This document shows, piece by piece, positions 21,365 to 33,210 of a stretch of DNA of 33,210 bases (the first letter of the stretch is position 1; each line of letters starts with the position of its first letter). This stretch comes from Octopus bimaculoides (lineage: Eukaryota): positions 78,226,631 through 78,259,840 of the forward strand of contig NC_068984.1 in NCBI RefSeq assembly GCF_001194135.2, given 5' to 3'. The position numbers were made by a program, and so were the translations under genes. The notes under the pieces are model-generated. The model was not told the origin of the DNA. It made no database searches and saw only the letters and a program-made list of their open reading frames with translations.

Positions 21365-21907
21365 NNNNNNNNNNNNNNNNNNNNNNNNNNNNNNNNNNNN
21401 NNNNNNNNNNNNNNNNNNNNNNNNNNNNNNNNNNNNNNNNNNNNNNNNNNNNNNNNNNNNNNNNNNNNNNNNNNNNNNNNNNNNNNNNNNNNNNNNNNNN
21501 NNNNNNNNNNNNNNNNNNNNNNNNNNNNNNNNNNNNNNNNNNNNNNNNNNNNNNNNNNNNNNNNNNNNNNNNNNNNNNNNNNNNNNNNNNNNNNNNNNNN
21601 NNNNNNNNNNNNNNNNNNNNNNNNNNNNNNNNNNNNNNNNNNNNNNNNNNNNNNNNNNNNNNNNNNNNNNNNNNNNNNNNNNNNNNNNNNNNNNNNNNNN
21701 NNNNNNNNNNNNNNNNNNNNNNNNNNNNNNNNNNNNNNNNNNNNNNNNNNNNNNNNNNNNNNNNNNNNNNNNNNNNNNNNNNNNNNNNNNNNNNNNNNNN
21801 NNNNNNNNNNNNNNNNNNNNNNNNNNNNNNNNNNNNNNNNNNNNNNNNNNNNNNNNNNNNNNNNNNNNNNNNNNNNNNNNNNNNNNNNNNNNNNNNNNNN
21901 NNNNNNN

Positions 21908-22160
21908 GGGGCAGCAGCAGCCTCTGATTTGACGTTCAAATTGATTCTTCAGCCGGCAGCGTTCGCCACAAACCTGGCATAGTGACACGTGCTTTTCATG
22001 TGGATGTTGCATGTGCATTTTCTATGAGGGAATATAAATTTTGTTCTTGCCAGCTTTGTTCATCCACATCCATAAAGGTTTTATTCTCCGCTTCTTAACC
22101 CCTATGACACTTACTATTTCCATAGAGCCCTGTTGTCTGCGACCTGCTCTCTGCGTCTCT
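21908..22160 (-). mobile_element. Probable RTE-clade LINE C-terminal fragment
   Basis: Minus strand reads VADNRALWK**VS*GLRSGE and then LCQVCGERCRLKNQFERQIRGC, resembling the RTE A.DR..W...V..G pattern followed by a C-x2-C zinc finger. Confidence 0.55.
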
Positions 22161-22855
22161 CTCACTCAATCCCTGTGTATTTATGTGTGTCTGTGTCTGC
22201 GCCCTGCCCGCAATTTCATGCATATTAAAACGAGATTCCTTTTTTATAGTTTTTGCTTGTTGATATAGCTGCTATTATATCTTGTTTAGCATGACTAAAA
22301 TATCCTTATTTGACAGGAAGAAATTCATTGATATTCATTTGTACACAACTTGAGATCACTGAGTAATGAAGTTTTGGGAAAGAAGCTTGTCTGTATGACC
22401 CGAAAATGTTAGGAACGATATCCAAAATCAGATTACATCTCGTTTCTCTCTCTCTCTCTCCCTCTTTCTTCTTCTTCTACTTCTTTTTCTTCTTTGTTTG
22501 TTTGTTCTTGTTTTTGTTTTTGTTTTTGTTTTGTTTTAGCAGCCGTGTAAATGGCTAATCCATTAGATAAAGTGAGAGGTTCGCTTCCAGCGAGTCTGGT
22601 CTACAATACAAAAATTTTTTAATCACCAGTTGAAGCCATTTCGCATAAGAAACCTTCTCTGCACTGTTTTTCTCTGTTTTGCTTTGTATTTTCTTTTTCC
22701 TTTTTTTTTTTTTCTTTTAATTATAGCACTAAAACATTTATCATATCTATGTCAGTCCTGGGAAGAAGTATGTACTCACAACTTCAATAACCAAGAAAAA
22801 TCAATGCTGCTTCACTCGCAAAGTCTTCGTTGATGTCCAGTAAGTAAAAGAAGGA

Positions 22856-22890
<35 letters not shown>

Positions 22891-22891
<1 letters not shown>

Positions 22892-23206
22892 CAATAATCT
22901 CTGCCAGTAACATCCAGGATGCCAATAAACAAAATTACTTAATAAAATCCTATTCAGATGACATTAGAATGATATTTGAGTAGGACAAATATTACGATAA
23001 ATCATGGAGAAACTTCATGCCAAACAGGAAACCATTAGTATCTATGTCTTTTTTTTTTATATCGTTTTTTTTTTTTATTATTCTATGAAAACTATAAATA
23101 CCTTAAGATAGATGAAGATATGTCTTACGATGATAATGTGTTGGAAGCTGAAGTGATCAAGGAATTCTACACCAGACTCAGAATCATATGGCAAATGGAA
23201 CACTTC

Positions 23207-23258
<52 letters not shown>

Positions 23259-23670
23259 TGGAAGAAGAGGAGGAGAAGGAGGAGGAGGAGGAGGAGGAGG
23301 AAAGGGAAGAGGTATTTGTAGTTAAAGAAGAAGAAAAAGAAAATGATGATGATGATAACGACGACGACGATGACGGTGGTAGTGGTGGTGGTGGTGGTGT
23401 GGTGGTGGTGGTGGTGTGGTGGTGGTGGTGATAGTTGCAAGAAGAAGAAGAAGAAGAAGAAGAAGAAGAAGAAAAAATCGATACGTTACAATGCATTTTT
23501 AGTAGCAATATTGGTATTAGACTGGTCACTGGAGAAAATCAGTTCCAGTGACATGAAAACAATCAATAAAATAAAACAACTTTTGTTAGCCTAACAGCTA
23601 TCCCATCAACAACTCAAGTAATATTCCTCCTCCCACATGATACGAAACGCAAGGACGAAAGTCCTACAAG
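22891..23670 (+). mobile_element. R4/Dong-like LINE RT/thumb fragment interrupted by microsatellites
   Basis: ASNIQDANKQNYLIKSYSDDIRMIFE*DKY (22891-), NYKYLKIDEDMSYDDNVLEAEVIKEFYTRLRIIWQ (23090-) and YNAFLVAILVLDWSLEKISSSDMKT (about 23487-) are collinear with R4-clade RT domain 6-7 and thumb patterns. Confidence 0.75.
23207..23473. repeat. Compound trinucleotide block (TAG)(GAG/GAA)(GAT)(GAC)(GGT)(GAA)
   Basis: Direct reading of the sequence. Confidence 0.95.
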
Positions 23671-23944
23671 AAATAATAAAGAAAAGGAATTGTTTGAATG
23701 AATAGACTGCAATGATTTTCAATGTAAACCGATATTAAACATTAGTTATTACAATAACTATTTTGAGACAGAGAAGAAAATCGGATCTCACGATTATCGC
23801 CGACCGGGAGATAAAAATAGAAAAAGAAGAAAAATAACTGTTTATAGAAGTGAATCTGAGAAGATAAAATAAAAGGCGCTGTTTTGTTTAATCACTGTGT
23901 TGTTAATTTCTTTCTCAGGTTAGTATTTTTAATATTTAATATCT

Positions 23945-24105
23945 TGCCTTATTTTGGCACAAGACCAGTAATTTTGAAGGGTGCTCAACTGGTACTTATT
24001 TTATCGACCCCAAAGGACAGAAGGCAAAGTCGACCTCGGCGGAATTCAAACTCAAAACGTGAACACGGAAAAAAATGCTGCTAACAATTCCGCCAACTCG
24101 CCGTC
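23945..24105 (-). mobile_element. SINE family D (Meta-like domain)
   Basis: Reverse complement includes gagtttgaattccgccgaggtcgactttgccttctgtcctttggggtcgataaaataagtaccagt (B box-like plus central domain). Confidence 0.75.
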
Positions 24106-24677
24106 TTTATATATGCAATATCGTACGTATTTTATAAATTTACATGTTGATATTGAATGAATGGTTAAACTCCAGTTTCTGACCCGAGCAAAAAAATGGG
24201 GGGCGGGGTAGTGTGATAGGTGTAAAACAACATATAGTAAACGAATATCTCAGTTAAATGACTGAGTTTAGCTGGCAAAATGATAGCTTTCATATCTGTG
24301 TTCAATTCCTCTAGCTTTCATATCTGTGTTCAAATCCTTTGTCTTTTATATACCCGAAATGGATAAATAAGTACCACTTAGCCAGAGGCTTGATTCTTTT
24401 CTACCCCGGAATTGATTACGCTGCTTCGTGAGAAGGGTCGTGGGAGAACACTCACAACATTCCTTTTCCAAAGAATGGAAGACTGAACGAGTAACAGACA
24501 AACTGGAAACGTCCCAAAAGGTTTTGATGATATCAAATGCATCACGGACGGAATTAAGTCATAAAGAAATGTGTTAATTCATGGGTTATAAATAAAAAAA
24601 TTTTTTTAGAAACAAGAAACTACCGGAGCACTTTCTCAGCTCTGCACTATTCAGTACTACATTATACCTTTCTACTC

Positions 24678-24872
24678 TAAGCGCAGACATGGCCGTGTGG
24701 TTAAGAAGTTCGCTTTGCAACTATGTGATTTGGGGTTCAGTATCATCGTGTAGCATCTTAGGCGAGTGTTTTCTACTATAGCCCCGAGCCGACCAATGTG
24801 AATGAATAGGCATATGGAAACTGTGTAGAATCCCGTCGTGTGTGTGTTGTGTGTGTGCGTATGTGTGTGAGC

Positions 24873-24916
<44 letters not shown>

Positions 24917-25145
24917 CTTTGTATGTGTGTGTTTCTTTATATTTGTATTTGTCCCTGCCACGTCACTGCTTGACAACCAGTGTGGGTTTGTTTACGTTTC
25001 CGTAATTTAGCGATTCGGCAAAAAAAAACAGAATAAATTCTGGACTTAAAACGAAAGTAAGTATTGGATCTGTTCGACTAAACTTTTTAAGAGCATGCCC
25101 CAGCTTAGCCGCGGGTCATTGATTAAAACAACTAAAAAAATAGAA
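24678..25145 (+). mobile_element. SINE family A, older full-length copy
   Basis: Head tggccgtgtggttaag...ggggttcagt, internal (TG)n and 3' half ending ccccagcttagccgcggg...taaaacaactaaaa. Confidence 0.8.
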
Positions 25146-25503
25146 GGCTACTGTACACTTATGCTAGGTCGTATGAAAATGATCTGTTTTTGGTAATCAT
25201 TTAAACTGGCATTAGCTTTTTCATTGTCGACATCACTCTAGGGGCTCACCTTGCTATGTGGAAGGTGGAGGATGAATGGACATCCTGACACGACAAAGAC
25301 ATTTGTCTACAAAGCTACAAGAACTTAACCAGTTAGCAGTCATCTATTAAACCTACAAATGCAGTGGAGCTTTTGAGTCAAATATAGCTGACATTTTTGG
25401 CAAACCCTACACCCGTTTTTCTCGCTCATTCTTTGTGTGGCTGTGTGTGTAGTGTGTAGTGCATGTGTAGCGTATGTGTAGTGTTTGTGTGCGTGTTTGT
25501 GTG

Positions 25504-25582
<79 letters not shown>

Positions 25583-25882
25583 TAAAAATAGAGAGAGAGA
25601 AGGGAGTGAGAGAGAGATAGAGTGAATCCTCGTGGTAAGAGCAAAGACCACCGAAAATAACTTAAATCAGTCCTGACCAGCTGTATTGTTGGAAACGGCA
25701 GAAGCATGGTATTCATTCATTTAGTCGTTCATTTGCGTCAGTGTAAATTAGTCAAAGAAGGAGAAACCGCGTCCATGAGATTTGCAGGCTATCCTCCTTA
25801 ACTGGTGAGACTGAGGCAGCGTGACCTGTGAAAAGAATTGCATGTGATCTGAGGACAAAAATGATGCAGCATAGTAAGTACT

Positions 25883-26035
25883 GATCCTTTAGCATTTAAA
25901 CGAGCCATAGCTGGCCTACATATTCTACCGCTTCTATGTTTAATCCAGCCGTATCCAGCCTTCTGAAAATAAACAACCACATCATTGAAATCTTGAAGCT
26001 ACAGGATAACTCATGATTAATTTAAAGCAATATAA
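25883..26035 (+). mobile_element. Possible MITE fragment (piggyBac-like terminus)
   Basis: Begins gatcctttagcatttaaac, resembling a TTAA-CCCTTTAG end. No partner TIR is found, so the call rests on recollection only. Confidence 0.3.
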
Positions 26036-26390
26036 AAGTCCACACTGTGATGACGAAAGAACTGATAAGGCTGCGATGTGAATGTGTCTTTCAATTCCAG
26101 ACCCTTTTCATGTGGCCTGTTCTGAGAGTGAAAGAGAGAGGAATAAACTAGAATGGGGGAAAAGGCAAAATCTACTTCAGCAGAGTTTTGATGTAGAGAG
26201 CCAAAATACCACAAGGTACTCTATCAAACGCTCGAATGTCTCTATCATTGCGCTGTCTATACGGCACGAGTGACAACTCCAAATCTCATAAAAAGAAAAG
26301 AAGCAATTAGGTTGACTACACCATCAAAATCTCAGTTAATGTTTTAAAAATATTTACTGTGAAAAGAAAAATTAATTTGATTTTTGGCAG

Positions 26391-26470
26391 ACACGACGAG
26401 GAAGACGACGCCGGTATTGGTGGTGGTGGTTGGGGCGTTACGACAATGAAAGAATATTGGGATAATGATG
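26391..26470 (+). CDS. Orphan internal exon candidate (80 nt), product unknown
   Basis: Acceptor ttaatttgatttttggcAG and donor gatg|GTGAGT. Only one frame is open: (x)HDEEDDAGIGGGGWGVTTMKEYWDND(G..). The sequence is GC-rich and not a SINE. Confidence 0.45.
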
Positions 26471-26814
26471 GTGAGTATTGAATTAGTAATGGTAAAATAA
26501 AAGTTAACCTGCTGAAAATTGTATTCAATCGTCGGGAGGAGGGGTATTTTATAAGGTCGCGTGACCTGCTAGAAACTGCAGTGAAATCTCTCACAAAGTA
26601 CGCTCTGCCGTGTAAAGAAAGTATACATTGGGAGGCACTTTGGACATAGACGTGATCGAACATGATTGATCTGGGAGCTAAGAAATATCAACGACAAGGA
26701 AGGAAACGTGGATAATGTCACTAATTAGCTGCTTGATAAGGAGTGACCCGAGGGCCAGACAACAAAAGCAATTGACATTCATATCAAATTCAGACATATT
26801 TTACTAACCCCCAG

Positions 26815-26940
26815 TAGGTGACTGGCACTTTATTGCATTAACCCAGATCAATGTGAACTTCATTGACATTCGAATTCAGAATATAAAACGGCAACCAGAT
26901 GCCACAGGGCATTTCCCAACACTCTACCGATTGCTTCAAT
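26815..26940 (-). mobile_element. SINE family D, highly degenerate
   Basis: actggcactttattgcattaaccc...attcgaattcagaatataaaacgg...gcatttcccaacactctaccgatt is collinear with 23990-24100. Confidence 0.45.
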
Positions 26941-28153
26941 CCTATTGCTCCTTAAGTAGGATAACTACAACGAATGATATCTGTTAGCACTTTAGAAATT
27001 TGGTTATTTTTATGTTGATGCGTAGAATGTACACATCTTCATTGCACCGTTTCACTCAACTAACATTTTCGATTACGCCTTCGACTTCATTCTATGCTTA
27101 ATGTTGTTTAACACGTTACACTCGAACACATGTACGTCGTAAAAAAGGAGAACAACACAAGATATAGTAGTTGTATGCTGTCAACTTAATGTGACATTCC
27201 CCTGAAGGAAATAATACTACTGCTGGTTAGACCAGCATACAACTACTTCATCGTATCACTACTGCATAAATCTCTCTGAGAGATTTAGGAATGTATCATT
27301 TCTAAACACAAGATATATATGAAATATTTTAGGATCTTTTGGTGTAGAGGAAACATTTTGCAAAATTTCGAAAAAAAACTTCGTGGAAGATATTTTTTAA
27401 GCTGCCACCGTATGTATTTTTACTGAAGCAGAGTACAAAACCATTAGCTTTTGTGAATTCTGATAATTATATTCAATTATTCATATAGAAAATTCGAGTT
27501 AATTAACTTGAATCAAAGATCTGTAAACCATTTCACGCTTGGAAGGATATGTCTTGGCAATAGACGAAGTAGATAAAGATAAATACAACATGCACCGTGA
27601 ACAAATGAGATTGTGTTATGTCGAAGACTTGAGGATAGTTATTATCATAATTAATGATGATTATGTCAATAAAAGTTGTACAAAAACAACAGCAGATAAT
27701 TTGAACGAAACGTTTAGTTACGCCGGAGATGTGGTCATGAGATATAATTATAGTCTGAGAACTATAACTATAATACTCATTATCCGTCACTCGCGAGCGA
27801 GTATAGGCAAGTAACATGTAAAATGTTTTCAGCGACCAGATATAAACGTTCTCTCAAATTTTGGTCTAATGGAACATCCAGGATGAACAGCTGAAGAGAA
27901 TGACACTCTGTACGGTACTCATCACAACTGAACGTGAAATAATTAGTACGGAAAATGTTTAGTGAATTCTATAACAAAACTGAACGAACGCTTTTTGGAA
28001 ATATCTGTAAACTACGAAAAGAAGAATGTAAAAATGGCGAAATTATTTCACTCCAAAATTGAGAAAAAAACGGTGTTTATTGGTTTCACAGTTAAGCAGA
28101 GAACTTTCTTCGGAAACTCAGTTCATGAAAAAATAAATGTAAAATTATGTGTT

Positions 28154-28317
28154 ACATCGGCATGGATGAGTGGTTAAAAAGCTCACTTTGCAGCCATGTG
28201 GTTTGGAGTTCAATTCCATCACGCGGCACATTGGACAAGTGTCTTCTGTTATAGGCTCAGGCCGACCAATGCTTTCTGAGTGAATTTGGTAGACGGAAAC
28301 TCTGTAAAAAATCGTCG

Positions 28318-28349
<32 letters not shown>

Positions 28350-28550
28350 TTGTCTCCGAGCACCGATTGACAACCAGTGTAGGTTTTCCCCGACCTTAGC
28401 AGTTCTTCAAAAGGGGCCGACAGAATGAGTACCTGGTTTCCTTTTTTAAAGAAGTCTTGGGGACCTATCTATTCGTCTAAATATACTTCAAGGCGATGCC
28501 CCAGCATGATCGTAGTCCAACAACTGAAACCAGTAAAACGATGAAAAGAA
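28154..28550 (+). mobile_element. SINE family A, older copy
   Basis: Head with ggagttcaattcc and cattggacaagtgtcttct, internal (TG)n and a 3' half. Confidence 0.82.
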
Positions 28551-28621
28551 AACGAAGAAATCGTACATCGATCACAAAATAAATCAAACTTTAAAAATTC
28601 ACAACAAACATTGGTCAAAAG

Positions 28622-28805
28622 TTCAGGAGTGGCTGTGTGGTAAATAGCTTGCTCACCAACCATATGGTTCCGAGTTCAGTTCCACTGCGTGGCACATTAG
28701 GCAAGTGTCATCTACTATAGCCTCGGGCCGACCAAAGCCTTGTGAGTGGATTTGGTAGACGGAAACTGAAAGAAGCCCGTCGTATATGTGTGTGTGTGTG
28801 TGTGT

Positions 28806-28842
<37 letters not shown>

Positions 28843-29029
28843 TCCCCCCAACATTGCTTGACAACCGATGGTGGAGTGTTTACGCCCCCGTAACTTAGCG
28901 GTTCGGCAAAAAACCGATAGAATAAGTACTAGGCTTACAAAGGGGTCGATTTGCTCGACTAAAGGTGGTGCTCCAGCATGGCCGCAGTCAAGTGACTGAA
29001 ACAAGTAAAAGAGTGAGAAAAAGAGTAAA
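28622..29029 (+). mobile_element. SINE family A, full length, young
   Basis: caggagtggctgtgtggtaa...gcccgtcg-(TG)n-tttgtccccc...gactgaaacaagtaaaagagtgagaaaaagagtaaa. Confidence 0.93.
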
Positions 29030-29377
29030 TGTTGAAATTGTCGGAAACCCACCCATTTCTTGTTCCATAGGATTCTGAAGGAATAAAAATCGATAGTTAT
29101 CAGGGAAAGAATGAATCTAAAAGGAAGACTAATCAATTTTCGTAACGAAGAAACAGGTTTTAAAATAATTATAGGAGAAGGAATTTTTTAAATAACTACG
29201 AGAGACAATGAATTTGGAAATAATTCAGGAATATAGGAATGGAGTGGATACAAACAGTTGAAACTTTCAAGACCATTTTTTAGATCACGTCGGAAGGAAC
29301 GTGAACAAAAGAATGAACAACGAAAAACATGAAAAACCATAACCATTAAGATTATCTCCACCATGAAAAAAATAAGA

Positions 29378-29860
<483 letters not shown>

Positions 29861-30574
29861 CATATACACGGATATAATATGTGTGAATTCAAAATATCCC
29901 ACGTAAGTTACGAGAACTGAATTCCTTTTCGATTGTGATTGAATTAATCCAAAATACATATTTACAATCGAATTATTTCATAATACTTATTACATATCAA
30001 TTTCACGTCTAGTGAGAGATATTCCTTGTAATTTCCATGTGTAATGGCTGGTTGTTAGTTTTCATTCGCGAGATATATTATAGTTTATAGATTAGAAGTA
30101 GCATCCTTATAAACTCAGTACACAAGGAACGTTATGAGGTTCAAATATTAAAAAAAAGGCGGTATTATAGTAAATATTTTTAGAAACATTGATATTTTTA
30201 AATGAATGTCATAATTAATTATCGGTTTAAACTTGGTTTTTCAATAGAAAATATTTCTTTATCAATTCTTTTTATATGCATTTTTCGTACAATGACAAAA
30301 AGAACAGTTCATAATTTTCCTGCCAATTTCTTGCTCATCGATCTTAATATTTACTGAAATTTTTCTAATGTGCAGATCACGTACTTGTTGTTGGTTAACC
30401 GTCATCCGTTTAAATAAGTGACTTGCTATTTTAGCCAATGTAATTCATGTCAGATCCCCATAATTTTTTCAGATAAGCATGTAAAATTCTTTTTCATTTT
30501 AAAATGTTGTCCTTTTTTTTTTGCTACGTAACTCTGAACCTTCAGATACATTAGTAAAATTTCCACAGTTTGAA

Positions 30575-31010
30575 TATTGTTGCTCCCATTGCTATTCCAA
30601 ATTTGTGCTTGTATATTGGTTAATCAAAATTTTAAATGTTTTATTTAAAAAATTGAAGATTTTCAATGATAAATTCCTTTCTTATGCAGCATAATTAATG
30701 AGGACATATACGTAGTTAAAAATGCATTACTTCTATTCCATGCTTATTTTGTATATAGGATAGCCATATAAAGGAAACTGTCTTGGTTTCTTTATTTGCT
30801 GTATATAGGTGATTTAACATATCCAAGTCGTCTCTTATGTGACTCTACTTGTGTATCAAATACGGTTTCTCTAATACATGAAATAAAATCAATTGACAGT
30901 TCACAAGATGGGCCTGCCACTATTAGACTTAGTTTTAATAAACAGATGATGATTTTTTTTATGCCTATTATCCATAACATTACTTCTGTGGATTCTGGTA
31001 ATCTATAAAA
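30575..31010 (-). mobile_element. Second Penelope-like RT remnant, older, same family as 13592-14518
   Basis: FYRLP-RIHRS...LKLSLIVAGPSCE...KPYLIH..SHIRDDLDMLNHL...VSF...GIEVMHF...RKEFIIE...FGIAMG is collinear with the 13.6-14.5 kb copy. Weak similarity may extend to about 30050. Confidence 0.85.
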
Positions 31011-31283
31011 AAAATTGTTTTACATTTAAAATTGCTTATATATATTGCCACGCCTTATCACTTAAGCCTTTACAGAATGTATTGAACTCGGATGTTTACT
31101 TTTATATTTATTGATGATCATACATACATACATACACATATATATACATATGCATAGTCACACATATATACGCACAAACACACACATATGTGTGCGCGTG
31201 TACATATATATGTATACATATATGTGTGTGTGTATGTATATATATATACATACGTATATAAATGTTGCGTACATGCACATAAT

Positions 31284-31356
<73 letters not shown>

Positions 31357-31751
31357 NNNNNNNNNNNNNNNNNNNNNNNNNNNNNNNNNNNNNNNNNNNN
31401 NNNNNNNNNNNNNNNNNNNNNNNNNNNNNNNNNNNNNNNNNNNNNNNNNNNNNNNNNNNNNNNNNNNNNNNNNNNNNNNNNNNNNNNNNNNNNNNNNNNN
31501 NNNNNNNNNNNNNNNNNNNNNNNNNNNNNNNNNNNNNNNNNNNNNNNNNNNNNNNNNNNNNNNNNNNNNNNNNNNNNNNNNNNNNNNNNNNNNNNNNNNN
31601 NNNNNNNNNNNNNNNNNNNNNNNNNNNNNNNNNNNNNNNNNNNNNNNNNNNNNNNNNNNNNNNNNNNNNNNNNNNNNNNNNNNNNNNNNNNNNNNNNNNN
31701 NNNNNNNNNNNNNNNNNNNNNNNNNNNNNNNNNNNNNNNNNNNNNNNNNNN

Positions 31752-31801
31752 AAGGAAGGAAGGAAGGAAGGAAGGAAGGAAGGAAGGAAGAAAGGAAGGA
31801 A

Positions 31802-31843
<42 letters not shown>

Positions 31844-31901
31844 AGGAAAGGAAGGAAGAAAGGAAGGAAGGAAGAAAGAAGGAAAGAAAGGAAGAAAGAA
31901 A

Positions 31902-31935
<34 letters not shown>

Positions 31936-31945
31936 AGAAAAGAAA

Positions 31946-31990
<45 letters not shown>

Positions 31991-32177
31991 GATGGAAGGA
32001 AGGAAGGAAGGAAGGAAGGAACGAACGAAGGAAGAAAGAAAGGAAGGAAGAAAGAACGAAGGAAAGAAAGGAAGGAAGGAAGAAAGAAGGAAAGAAAGGA
32101 AGAAAGAAAGGAAGGAAGGAAGAAAGAAAAAGAAAGGATAGAAGGAAGGAAGGAAGGAAGGAAGGAAGGAAGGAAGG
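31752..32177. repeat. (GGAA)n/(GAAA)n purine tract
   Basis: Source of the RKEG/LPSF ORFs. Confidence 0.97.
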
Positions 32178-32869
32178 TAGCTGGTAGAATACGGAGAGAG
32201 AGACAGAGACAGAGATAGAGTGATAGCGAGAGAGAGATGGAATGAGAGAGGGAGGTGATGTAGTTTATAGAATGAATCCATCCGTAAGAGACACAAGCCC
32301 TATATTTATCAATGCCGTTTTAAGGTTTTAGCACATTGGGCAGGTACCCGGGCGATTCTAGAGGTCCAGTGTTAATCTGTGCATGCTCTCTGGCTTTCTG
32401 TCACTAAATAAAATAACACGACCTCCCCCCCTCCCCCGTTATATTCTTTTTCAAGGGGGGAGAATTATTCATTTCTACAGCTAATTATACAAGTCACATT
32501 TTAAATTATAGCTTTTAAATACAGAGAAACAGGGGGAAAAAAGGGGGGGAAAAAAAGAAAAGTGTAAGAGGTAAAGCAGCAGAAGATGGAGAAGGAAGGG
32601 GAGGTGCCTCATTCCTCAGAACAAACGGTGGAATCAGCAGCTTCCCGCGATAATCACCGCGATGTCGTTACCGCGGAAAATGACCAACCATACTCGCTAC
32701 AGCAGTCAATGGGACCATAATGCGGTTAAGTCGGATTTAATATCTACCAACTGTTATTTTTTTACCTTCCCTTCAACCTGTTCCGTTAAAACTAAAATAG
32801 GGCCAAATTGCTGCTGCTGCTGTTGATTCGCTCGTTTTGTTTTTGTTCTTGTTCTTGTTCTTGTACTTC

Positions 32870-33095
32870 ATACTCTTTACTCTTTTACTCTTTTACTTGT
32901 TTCAGTCATTTGACTGTGGCCATGCTGGAGCACCACCTTTAGTCGAACAAATCGACCCCGGGACTTATTCTTTGGAAGCCTAGTACTTATTCTATCGGTC
33001 TCTTTTGTCGAACCGCTATGTTACGGGGACATAAACACACCAGCATCGGTTGTCAAGCAATGCTAGGGGGACAAACGCAGACACACAAACACACA
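32870..33095 (-). mobile_element. SINE family A 3' half
   Basis: (cttttact)n tail, then cagtcatttgactgtggccatgctggagc...gacaaacgcagacacac. Confidence 0.92.
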
Positions 33096-33210
33096 CACAT
33101 ACATATATATATATATACTATATAAATTTATGGCTAAGTTAGCGAAATGCTAATTTGAAAATTACAAAATAACGTGTATATATATATACAAGTATGCTGA
33201 GAAATAACAG

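Noticed and set aside
22540-22571. NAGNAG acceptor with exon encoding MANPLDK|GTGAGA
   Set aside because: The pyrimidine tract is a (GTTTTT)n microsatellite and the phase is incompatible with the 26391 exon.
24284-24333. 22-bp direct repeat tagctttcatatctgtgttcaa
   Set aside because: Only two copies at a 28-bp period inside a degenerate SINE; a local duplication, not a CRISPR-like array.
25250-25284. 35-nt minus-strand micro-exon (gtcAG...aag|GTGAGC)
   Set aside because: It is too short to assess, has competing upstream AGs and no supporting neighbouring exons.
27160-27182. let-7 similarity (tagtagttgtat)
   Set aside because: The seed GAGGUAG is absent. Only the hairpin itself is reported.
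27943-28062. Kazal-like peptide GNICKLRKEECKNGEII
   Set aside because: It has N.C.L....C spacing but no VCG.DG motif, no convincing splice sites and stops on both sides, so it is probably chance.

Overview
This is a 33-kb AT-rich eukaryotic scaffold window with six N-gaps (about 2.6 kb). It is very rich in microsatellites and is made almost entirely of repeats. The tRNA-derived SINE families and the (TA)/(CA)/(CATA)/(GATA) density point to an octopus (coleoid cephalopod) genome; this is an inference. No complete protein-coding gene is present, and nearly all listed ORFs are microsatellite or N-run artefacts. By manual translation I find two decayed Penelope-like RT remnants of one family, hammerhead-ribozyme relics of the Penelope pLTR type, two R4/Dong-like LINE fragments (RT and RLE endonuclease), a CR1-type 3' end, probable RTE fragments, four SINE families (more than 20 copies), a Tc1/mariner-type MITE and several fold-back elements. 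One orphan 80-nt exon candidate (26391-26470, +) suggests the window may be intronic. The most interesting items are the minimal hammerhead motifs, a possible (CATA)n-targeting R4-like LINE, a 254-bp near-perfect inverted duplication, a CORE+V-like SINE and a possible SINE-LINE template-switch chimera. All family names come from motif recognition, not from database searches.
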